From Chloroflexota bacterium (GTDB taxonomy: Bacteria > Chloroflexota > Anaerolineae > Anaerolineales > UBA11579), in contig JACPVG010000019.1 in assembly GCA_016191875.1 (NCBI GenBank), positions 58,020-90,019 on the forward strand: a stretch of 32,000 bases of DNA, in the 5' to 3' direction. The notes beneath the pieces are model-generated. The model was not told the origin of the DNA. It worked only from the letters and a program-made list of their open reading frames with translations, and did not search any database. The position numbers and the translations under genes were made by a program. This document shows positions 24,121-30,755 of the stretch, piece after piece. Position 1 is the first letter of the stretch. The number at the start of each line of letters is the position of its first letter.

Positions 24121-24441
24121 TCAGTTCTTCAATACGACCAGCAGGAATTTCCCTTTGTTCTTGGCGACCAGGGCGTGAGGCAGGTCGGGCGGCATGTGTA
24201 GCCAATCTCCGGTCCGGGCGGTGATCTTTTCACCTGCCAGGGTGAGCTCGAACTCCCCGCTCAGGAACTGCAGCAGCGCGTGCTGCGGTGTGCTGTGTTC
24301 GGTCAGCTCCTGTCCAGCATCGAAGCCGAATAGTGTGGCCTTGAAGGCATCGGTATTCGCCAGCGTCTGGCTTATCACGCCGGCGGGCGGAATCTCGAGC
24401 GCATGGGCGGCCAGATCGGCCGCGAAGGTGAAACCAGGCAC
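24121..24441 (-). CDS. Cupin domain protein
   Basis: The 106-aa beta-rich sequence GQELTEHSTPQHALLQFLSGEFELTLAGEKITARTGDWLHMPPDLPHAL matches the cupin two-motif layout (G..l..H......e...vl.G......g.......Gd......H). Confidence 0.7.
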   Translation of the reverse strand: MPGFTFAADLAAHALEIPPAGVISQTLANTDAFKATLFGFDAGQELTEHSTPQHALLQFLSGEFELTLAGEKITARTGDWLHMPPDLPHALVAKNKGKFLLVVLKN

Positions 24442-24447
24442 ACGATT

Positions 24448-24717
24448 TTAATTCGCCAGAGAGGCCTGCTGCTTCTCGTACAGCAGCATCCAGGAATCGT
24501 AGGCATCCGGCCAGTTATCCTGGTCGATGATCAGAGTCTTCTCTATGCCGTCCCGATCGGTCATGTGGATGGTGACGACCTCGGTGCGTTCCGGGTCGCG
24601 GATCTCCAACACGCAATCGGCCACATCGAAGGCGTTCAGCATCAGTTTGCCGGCGAAGCAGGCTTCGCAGGCGGGAGCGTGGCGGGTGCACAACGTGCGA
24701 TTCATGATGACTTTCAT
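24448..24717 (-). CDS. Small Cys-containing hypothetical protein
   Basis: 89-aa ORF that ends 6 nt before the cupin gene start. The N-terminal C-x6-C-x2-C (CTRHAPACEAC) plus a later Cys could bind metal or an Fe-S cluster. I cannot place it in a family. Confidence 0.45.
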   Translation of the reverse strand: MKVIMNRTLCTRHAPACEACFAGKLMLNAFDVADCVLEIRDPERTEVVTIHMTDRDGIEKTLIIDQDNWPDAYDSWMLLYEKQQASLAN

Positions 24718-24900
24718 CAGTTGTCTCCTTCTGGCTTCTTACCAGGCTGCGGGTAGTGGACAAAGTTTGCCCACTTGCCCTGCTTTCATTGCTACCAGAA
24801 TAGCAGGAGGATTGCAACGTTATCAGTGGCAAATGTCCCCGCGGGCGCGGGACATCTGCCACCTCTCCAGAAATTAGACTTGACCTATCCTAATTGAGAG

Positions 24901-24928
24901 TTGAAATCTCCAGGTTTTACTTTATCAT
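24901..24928 (+). promoter_or_regulatory. Candidate promoter of the HD-GYP gene
   Basis: TTGAAA (24901-24906), 16-nt spacer, TATCAT (24923-24928), in a markedly AT-rich intergenic stretch. Confidence 0.4.
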
Positions 24929-24976
24929 CGAGAATAGGATGGGAAACCGATAGACCGGCGAACGAGGAACTATACC

Positions 24977-25763
24977 TTGTTGAAGCGTATTTTCCAGACC
25001 GGGGCGTTTATTCGACTTGATGGTCGGGCGCCCACCGACGACCTGATGGGCTGGCGCGAGCGGGTGTACCAGACCTTGGTGTGGTGGGTGCTGGTCGTTG
25101 GTTTTGTGGCGCTCGTCCCCAGCGTGTGGCTCTCGATTCAGGTCCGACTGTTCGGTCTGGCCGCCTTCGATGTTCTGGCCAATTGCCTTGTCCTGCTCCT
25201 GGCACGCGCGCGGCGGGTGGCTCATATCTGGCGGGCGCGGGTGCTCATGCTGTTACTCGGTCTGGTGGGCGCGGCGCGTGACCCGGATGACGGTGCTGCT
25301 GGCAGAAAAGGTGGGCGTGCTGTCCGGGGAGATGCCCCATATCTGGCGCGGAGCGCTGCTGCACGATATCGGCAGGATCGGCGTGCCGGATGCCATCCTG
25401 CACAAAACAGGCTCGCTCACCGAAGAAGAGTGGGGAGTCATGCACACCCATCCACAACTGGCGCGCGATTGGCTGAACGATATCGCCTATCTGCGCAAGG
25501 CGATTCCGATCCCGTGGTGCCATCATGAGAAGTGGGACGGCAGCGGCTATCCGCAGGGCCTGAAAGGTGAGCAGATTCCACTGGCAGCGCGCATCTTTGC
25601 CGTGGTCGATGTGTATGACGCCCTGACGTATGACCGGTCTTATCGCGCCGCCTGGACAAAGGAAAAGGCGCTTGCCTACATCCGAGAACAGGCCGGGAAA
25701 CACTTCGACCCCAAGGCGGCAACGGCGTTCCTTCAGATGATCGCCGAGCAGACTGAAGCCTAG
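24977..25763 (+). pseudogene. HD-GYP domain phosphodiesterase, apparently frameshifted (membrane N-terminus and catalytic domain in different frames)
   Basis: Frame of ORF 24977..25528: the first ~95 aa are credible TM helices (VWWVLVVGFVALVPSVWL, FGLAAFDVLANCLVLLL, VLMLLLGLVGA), then the translation becomes Arg/Ala-rich nonsense. Frame of ORF 25098..25763: the first ~57 aa are nonsense, then a clean HD-GYP domain follows (RRVTRMTVLLAEKVG...ALLHDIGRIGVPDAIL...HHEKWDGSGYPQGL...VVDVYDALTYDRSYR). The switch maps to about 25260-25285. Confidence 0.6.
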
Positions 25764-25772
25764 CCGCGCGCC

Positions 25773-26759
25773 TCACCCGTTTTCCACTGCCCGGCGGGCA
25801 GCCATCAGGTTGCCATGCGGGGCGATGATGGGGCTCACGCAGCCGGTCCCGAGAATCAGCCGCTTTCCGTCCGTGGCTTCCAGCGCGTTCCGGGCTTCGC
25901 GTTGGACGTGCTCAGGTGTGCCGAAGACCAACGTTTCTTCCTGGCGCAACCCACCGCACACCAGGCCCGAGAATCTTTGGCTGCCCTCTGCCAGGCTGGG
26001 GGGAGTTTCCCGGTCGTGCCAGTTGATCACCTGCACCGGGTAATCGGCGAGCAGGTCAAAGTGGACGTCCGCGCCGTGCAGGTGCAGGGCGTTCAGCCAT
26101 AGGCCGCTGGCGGCCTCCAGGCAGGCCAAGTCGTCTTCCCGGGCGACTTCTGCATACTCTCTGGCGCTCAACTGCCCGGCCCGGGCGTGCTGAACAGCGT
26201 AGAAGATGCCGCTGATGCCGGCCTGGGTCGCAGCCAGGATGAAACGCCGGGTGGACTCGGTGATGATCTTGAGAGCGCGGCGAAGTCGTTCGGGGTGTTC
26301 TTGCAGATGCTTGAGCAGGCGCGCGTCGCCAGCCAGTTTGCGAGCCTGTGCAAGTGGGCTGAACACGGTCTCTAACACGGGGGTACCCGGTTCCAGCGCG
26401 TCCACGATCATCTTCAGTCCGCCCAGTTGCTCGGCCAGGTGCCCGCTGTGTGGATTGTGCGGAATCAGTTTGTCCCAGTCCTCGGGCGTCTGCACCAGGG
26501 TTTCCGCCCGATCGCGCGTTCCATGCGGGTGGCCGCGCTATTCATCGGCCGCGCCCCAATCGTAGATGAAGTATGAAGAGGACGGGGTTACCTTGACCAG
26601 GTCCCAGTCGTACGTGCGCTGCCAGGCGAGGTGCGCCGCGGCCAGCGTCGCGGCGCACAGGTCGTCCACCGGGAAATGCCGCCAGAGCGCGACCGGCGGC
26701 CGGTCGGGGGTCTTTCCAGCCATGGCGGTTTCGATGCGTTGCCTGTGGGTGAGTGACAT
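25773..26759 (-). pseudogene. Uroporphyrinogen decarboxylase (URO-D/MtaA-like) family gene interrupted by one in-frame TAG
   Basis: Track ORFs 26538..26816 and 25773..26495 are in the same frame. They are separated only by a TAG (26538-26540) and 14 sense codons. Joined from the ATG at 26757-26759 they give 328 codons, a normal URO-D family length. Motifs: PDRPPVALWRHFP near the N-terminus and a TIM-barrel-like C-terminal part ending ILGTGCVSPIIAPHGNLMA. Confidence 0.65.
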
Positions 26760-26765
26760 GGTGCA

Positions 26766-26774
26766 GTTATACCA
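26766..26774 (-). promoter_or_regulatory. Extended -10 promoter placed for a leaderless URO-D family transcript
   Basis: Minus strand TGgTATAAC, then 6 nt (TGCACC), then the ATG at 26757-26759. No SD is possible in that space. Confidence 0.45.
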
Positions 26775-26877
26775 AAACGAATTGGTGGAGCAAAGAGGAA
26801 AACCCGGTTCATGCAATGAATGCGTTCAGCACGTTCCAGCCCGCTCTAGGGGAACCCTGCAAGCGCCGATTTCCGGG

Positions 26878-26906
26878 TTGCTAAACGCCTGCTCGTGTGG
26901 TAGACT
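26878..26906 (+). promoter_or_regulatory. Promoter of rpmB
   Basis: TTGCTA (26878-26883), 17-nt spacer ending in an extended TGg, TAGACT (26901-26906). A leader of about 60 nt runs to the ATG at 26974, with AGAGGA as SD. Confidence 0.5.
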
Positions 26907-26973
26907 TCGCTGGTTATTTCAAGCCAGTTACCCGGAATCATCCCGGTTCAAATGAAAGCAAGAGGATTCTACG

Positions 26974-27159
26974 ATGGCAAAGTGTGCAAACTGCGGTAAG
27001 GCGACGACATTCGGGCAGAACCGCCCGTGGTCCAAAAAGGCAACCAGGCGGATGTTCAAAGCCAACCTGCAAAAAGTGACCGTGCTGGAGAACGGCAAGT
27101 CGGTCAAAAAGGTGCTGTGTACGCGTTGCATTCGCACGATGGTGAAGACGCCGGTCTAA
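26974..27159 (+). CDS. rpmB: 50S ribosomal protein L28
   Basis: [56 protein letters not shown] matches the L28 pattern (MAk.C..CGK....G.n.shs...tkR.f.pNLq). Confidence 0.92.
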   Translation: MAKCANCGKATTFGQNRPWSKKATRRMFKANLQKVTVLENGKSVKKVLCTRCIRTMVKTPV

Positions 27160-27237
27160 GTAGTCCATAGGCATCTTACGAGGAAACTCGCGCTGGAAGG
27201 CTGGGGTCCTTTATAAGAAGACTTTCGGTGGGCTACT
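27159..27237 (+). ncRNA. Unclassified structured element, copy B (between the rpmB stop and its terminator)
   Basis: AGUAGUCCA-N61-UGGGCUACU, a 9-bp closing helix with one U-G pair that exists only in this orientation. It has an internal CGAG-GAAA-CUCG tetraloop hairpin. It is homologous to the reverse complement of 18409..18487. It begins at the last base of the rpmB TAA. Confidence 0.5.
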
Positions 27238-27263
27238 TAGGCGGCTCTACCCTTTAACATTCG

Positions 27264-27293
27264 GAGCCACGGTAAGACCGTGGCTCTTTTGAT
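27264..27293 (+). terminator. Intrinsic terminator after rpmB and element B
   Basis: GAGCCACGG (27264-27272), loop TAAGA, CCGTGGCTC (27278-27286), then TTTTGATT. Confidence 0.8.
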
Positions 27294-27983
27294 TCAGGCT
27301 GTTGAATCGCTGCGCTGTTCAGCCAGCGCAGCATGCAGCGCGGCCATCCCGGCTGCGAGGCCCTGGGGGTGCTTGAACAGCGCATTCCCCGCCACGAACA
27401 CATCCGCCCCGGCGGCCCGTGCCAGCGGCGCGGTTTCGGCGCCAATGCCGCCATCCACCTGCACGTGCGTTACTGACCCGGCGGCGTCCAGCCAGGCCCG
27501 AATTCGGCGCACCTTGTCGAGCACCTCGGGCAGGAACGACTGGCCGGAATGCCCCGGATTGACCGTCATCAACAGAACCAGGTCCACGATTCCAAGTACT
27601 GGCTGAACCGCCTCGGCGGGCGTGCCGGGGTTGATCGCCACGCCGGCCTTGCAGCCCAGCCCGCGGATGACCTGGAGCGTGCGGTGCAGGTTCGGCCCGG
27701 CTTCGACGTGGATGGTCAGGCCGCCCGCGCCCGCTGCGGCAAAGGCTTCGATGTGCAGTTCGGGATTCTCCACCATCAGATGCACGTCCAGGTACAGGCG
27801 GCTGGCCCGCTTGCAGGCCTCCACGACGACCGGCCCCATCGTCAGGTTGGGCACGAAATGGCCGTCCATCACGTCGATGTGAAGCCAGTCGGCGCCGTTT
27901 TGTTCGGCTTCCCGGATTAGTTCGCCCAGGCGGGCGAAATCGGCGCTGAGGATGGAAGGGGCGATAAGCAGCCGGGATGGCAT
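27294..27983 (-). CDS. rpe: Ribulose-phosphate 3-epimerase
   Basis: IAPSILSADFARLGELIREAEQNGADWLHIDVMDGHFVPNLTMGP...DVHLMV...MTVNPGHSGQ...VDGGI are Rpe signatures. Confidence 0.92.
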   Translation of the reverse strand: MPSRLLIAPSILSADFARLGELIREAEQNGADWLHIDVMDGHFVPNLTMGPVVVEACKRASRLYLDVHLMVENPELHIEAFAAAGAGGLTIHVEAGPNLHRTLQVIRGLGCKAGVAINPGTPAEAVQPVLGIVDLVLLMTVNPGHSGQSFLPEVLDKVRRIRAWLDAAGSVTHVQVDGGIGAETAPLARAAGADVFVAGNALFKHPQGLAAGMAALHAALAEQRSDSTA

Positions 27984-27997
27984 CTGGCCTCTACCCT

Positions 27998-29128
27998 CTA
28001 ACGAAGAGAGAACATCACGTTGTAGACCCAGAACCAGAAGGGGAACAGGCCACCCACAGCTAGCAGGGCGACCAAGCCGAGCGTGACGGCGGCCCAGTCA
28101 ATCTCAAAGAAGGATGTGTCCGGCTCGGCACGCACCGGGCGGCTGGGGGATGTGCCGCCACGTGTCTGGCGCGGCTGCGGCCGGGTGGCGGCATTGGCGG
28201 CTTGCCTGCCTGCGGCCGGCGGTGCGTTCGGGGGGTGATTCTGGCTGGCGGTTGGGCGCGCCTGACCGCGCCGGGCTCCCTGGGGCGGCGTAGCCTGGCC
28301 CTTCAGGCGGCCGGAGATGGTCTGCAAGACACGGCCGAGTTGATCGGCGGTGCGATAACGCTGAGAGGGCTCCTTCGAGAGCACCTTCAGGATGACCTCT
28401 TCGAGTTCGGACGGAATGAGCGGATTGATCTCGCGCGGGCGGATGGGCGCGGCGCGGCGGTGCAGTTTCGCCAACTCGGCTGACGTCCCGGCGATGAACG
28501 GCAACTGGCCGGTGAACATGTGGTACAGCACCACCCCCAGCGAGTAGACATCCGAGGCGGGCGAGGGCGGGCTGCCGCCGGCCTGTTCCGGCGAGAAATA
28601 CTGCGGCGATCCCCAGACCACATCGGCTTCTTCATCCGGCCCGATGGAAGAGAGCACCCGGGCGATGCCGAAATCCGTCACCTTCAGACGCTGGTCGGGC
28701 GTGACCAGAAAGTTGTGCGGCTTGACGTCACAGTGCACGAGGTCGGAGCGGTGAGCAAAGCCGATACCGGCGCAGGCCTGGATGGCGAGGTGAATGCCTT
28801 CATCCACCCGGAGGCGGCCGCGCTCGCTAACGATGGTGTTCAGGTCTTTGCCCTGAATGAACTCCATGACAATGTACAGGCGGTTGTCGTCAAAGCCGAA
28901 GTCGTAGACGGTGACGATGTTGGGGTGGGAGAGGTTGGCGGCTGCTTTGGCCTCTTCGCGGAAGCGTTCGCGGAAATTGGGGTCGGCGCTGTAGTCTTCG
29001 CGCAGTACCTTGATGGCCACATCGCGCTCGAGCATCAGGTCGCGCCCGCGATAAACCACGGCCATCCCCCCTTTGCCGAGTACGTCATCAATGCGGTAGC
29101 GGCTGTTGAGCAGCGCCTGGGCGTTCAT
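27998..29128 (-). CDS. Hanks-type Ser/Thr protein kinase, anchored by a TM helix at the extreme C-terminus
   Basis: LGKGGMAVVYRG, AIKVL, HRSDLVHCDVKPHNFL, TDFGIA and SPEQ are present. Track ORF starts at 29326. The ATG at 29126-29128 is preceded by GGAAGGAAGG. A basic Pro-rich linker is followed by the TM helix VTLGLVALLAVGGLFPFWFWVY about 8 residues from the end. Confidence 0.88.
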   Translation of the reverse strand: MNAQALLNSRYRIDDVLGKGGMAVVYRGRDLMLERDVAIKVLREDYSADPNFRERFREEAKAAANLSHPNIVTVYDFGFDDNRLYIVMEFIQGKDLNTIVSERGRLRVDEGIHLAIQACAGIGFAHRSDLVHCDVKPHNFLVTPDQRLKVTDFGIARVLSSIGPDEEADVVWGSPQYFSPEQAGGSPPSPASDVYSLGVVLYHMFTGQLPFIAGTSAELAKLHRRAAPIRPREINPLIPSELEEVILKVLSKEPSQRYRTADQLGRVLQTISGRLKGQATPPQGARRGQARPTASQNHPPNAPPAAGRQAANAATRPQPRQTRGGTSPSRPVRAEPDTSFFEIDWAAVTLGLVALLAVGGLFPFWFWVYNVMFSLR

Positions 29129-29255
29129 CTTCTGCCTTCCTTCCGGAGAATTGTACTGGAAAGGCGGGGCGATGTCCAACCTGCGAAAGTAGGAGGGTCC
29201 TCTTAGTGGGTCGGGAGAAGGACGTGCTGAAGTGCGGGAATTCAGTGAGCGGTCG

Positions 29256-29675
29256 TTATGGAGTCGCGGGCGAGGGCACACTCTCAATAAGGTTTTGGCG
29301 CGCGACCTCGAACAATGTTTCCGCAAACTCTCTGTCGTAGATGAGGTAACTCTGCGTGGTCTCGTCCTCGAAATAGAATGTCACCATTCCGTACAGTTGG
29401 CCGAGGGGCCGGTCCTCTGCTGGCTCTACCGGCTGAATTCTTTCCTGCAGTTGCTCGAAAAGGATGTCAATATTGAACGCCTCGCCGCGCACCGGGTCGC
29501 CCAAGAGCGCTCCATAACCCAGCCGGGCCACCCCCTCCCGCTGGACGACCAAGTAGGTCTCACCATGCGGGAAATCGAGGGAAATGGCAGTGACGGCAGA
29601 AGACTGCGTTCGGCAACCCACAAACAAAAGCCCCCATAGCGCTAGGGCAATGGGGGTGTAGACAGGTCTGCGCAT
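29256..29675 (-). CDS. Small lipoprotein, function unknown
   Basis: Track ORF 29256..29726 overlaps tRNA-Lys. The ATG at 29673-29675 gives MRRPVYTPIALALWGLLFVGC, a signal peptide plus lipobox. Confidence 0.6.
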   Translation of the reverse strand: MRRPVYTPIALALWGLLFVGCRTQSSAVTAISLDFPHGETYLVVQREGVARLGYGALLGDPVRGEAFNIDILFEQLQERIQPVEPAEDRPLGQLYGMVTFYFEDETTQSYLIYDREFAETLFEVARQNLIESVPSPATP

Positions 29676-29695
29676 GGTGAATGCCTGAAAAGAGG

Positions 29696-29767
29696 TGAGC
29701 GCGACAGGACTCGAACCTGTAACCAATAGCTTAAAAGGCTACTGCTCTGCCATTGAGCTACGCGCCC
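29696..29767 (-). tRNA. tRNA-Lys (TTT)
   Basis: Minus strand: GGGCGCG TA GCTC AATGGCA GAGC A GTAGC CTTTTAA GCTAT TGGTT ACAGG TTCGAGT CCTGT CGCGCTC A. It is followed by CCT, so CCA is not encoded. Confidence 0.9.
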
Positions 29768-29795
29768 GTGCGGGGTCCGACAAAACGGCGTGGGG

Positions 29796-29824
29796 ATTTT
29801 ATCACGCACACCGGGGAGCGTCAA
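29796..29824 (-). promoter_or_regulatory. Promoter of tRNA-Lys
   Basis: Minus strand TTGACG (29819-29824), 17-nt spacer ending in TGa, TAAAAT (29796-29801). The predicted start is about 22 nt upstream of the mature tRNA 5' end. Confidence 0.65.
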
Positions 29825-29911
29825 ATCGCTTCCCGAAACCTGGGCAGCTGCGTCAGTCCGCGTTTGCGTAGGTCTGGGTGGTTCTCAAACGAAAGTTTAA
29901 CGCCGCCTGCC

Positions 29912-29939
29912 TTGACAGATGCAAGGGGGATGGTAGGAT
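29912..29939 (+). promoter_or_regulatory. Promoter of trxA
   Basis: TTGACA (29912-29917), 16-nt spacer ending in TGg, TAGGAT (29934-29939). AGGAG SD precedes the ATG at 30007. Confidence 0.55.
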
Positions 29940-30006
29940 GCATTTACCCTGGAAGCCCCCGCCTTTAGGCGTGGGGGGTAGTCACGAGCCTAAACTTTAG
30001 GAGTAG

Positions 30007-30342
30007 ATGATGGCGAATATTCCCGAGATTAACGAAGAAGATTTCCAGAGCCAGGTGCTGGATGCCGCCGGCCCGATCCTGGTGGATTTTGGCGCCACCT
30101 GGTGCAACCCCTGCAAGATGCTCGACCCCATCGTGGACGAACTGGCCGCTGATTGGGCCGCCAACGTCAAGTTCGTCAAGGTGGACGTGGACAGCAACCC
30201 GATGGTGGCGATGAACTATCAGGTAATGGGCGTGCCGACCCTGCTCCTGTTCAAGGGCGGGCAGGTGCAGGAGCGTCTGGTGGGCTATAAACCCAAAGAC
30301 CAGATCGTCGCCAAACTCAGCCCACACCTCGAATTGGCCTGA
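30007..30342 (+). CDS. trxA: Thioredoxin
   Basis: FQSQVLDAAGPILVDFGATWCNPCKMLDPIVDELA...VKVDVD.NP..A..Y.V.GVPTLLLFKGG is the thioredoxin fold sequence. The active site reads WCNPC. Confidence 0.9.
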   Translation: MMANIPEINEEDFQSQVLDAAGPILVDFGATWCNPCKMLDPIVDELAADWAANVKFVKVDVDSNPMVAMNYQVMGVPTLLLFKGGQVQERLVGYKPKDQIVAKLSPHLELA

Positions 30343-30356
30343 ACTCAACTCCCATG

Positions 30357-30381
30357 CCCCGCTTTCACAGCGGGGTTTTTT
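30357..30381 (+). terminator. Intrinsic terminator of trxA
   Basis: CCCCGCT (30357-30363), loop TTCAC, AGCGGGG (30369-30375), then TTTTTT (30376-30381). Confidence 0.85.
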
Positions 30382-30477
30382 GTCGGCGCGGGCACCGACG
30401 GATTTCTTATGCGCCTATGTTATGATGAATATGCGGCAAACGTCATACTCGACCAACTCATGAAGGAGGTCCCTGCC

Positions 30478-30684
30478 ATGACGGCGCGCGATGTCCGGAA
30501 ATCGGAAGCAAAGGGCCTGCGGCGGCGAGAGCCCCAGCCGTGGTACCCCACGGATACAACCTTCAAAGTGTGCCCGAAGCATAAGCGGCAGTTCTTCCAG
30601 GACTATGAAGATGCTCAGGTCGGTTCTGTGGAAGAGTGCATCATCTGCCATCCGCCGGAGGAGAGCGACGCGCTGGGGGGATAG
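30478..30684 (+). CDS. Small hypothetical protein with Cys/His pairs (possible zinc ribbon)
   Basis: AGGAGG lies 8 nt before the ATG at 30478 (MTARDVRKSEAKG...). It has CPKH ... CIICH pairs. The track ORF starts earlier at 30409, without an SD. Confidence 0.4.
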   Translation: MTARDVRKSEAKGLRRREPQPWYPTDTTFKVCPKHKRQFFQDYEDAQVGSVEECIICHPPEESDALGG

Positions 30685-30703
30685 GAAAGTATCGAAAACA
30701 AAT

Positions 30704-30745
30704 AAACGGGTATCAGGCTGACTCCACGACCCGACGCCCGTTTTT
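30704..30745 (+). terminator. Weak candidate terminator between convergent genes
   Basis: AAACGGG (30704-30710) can pair with CCCGTTT (30737-30743) and is followed by a T-run. The loop is long (26 nt), so support is weak. Confidence 0.25.
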
Positions 30746-30755
30746 GCTTGCCGAT

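Noticed and set aside
26538-26540. Pyrrolysine (amber) recoding of the in-frame TAG in the URO-D family gene.
   Set aside because: Known Pyl proteins are the MtmB/MtbB/MttB methyltransferases, not URO-D/MtaA-type proteins. No pyl genes or tRNA-Pyl are visible in this window. A nonsense mutation or a sequencing error is far more likely. It is kept only as a remote alternative in the finding.
29954-29978. Hairpin (CCCCCGCC...GGCGTGGGGGG) in the trxA 5' leader, as a possible regulatory element.
   Set aside because: It is a short GC-rich stem with a bulge, common by chance at this GC content, with nothing else to support a function.
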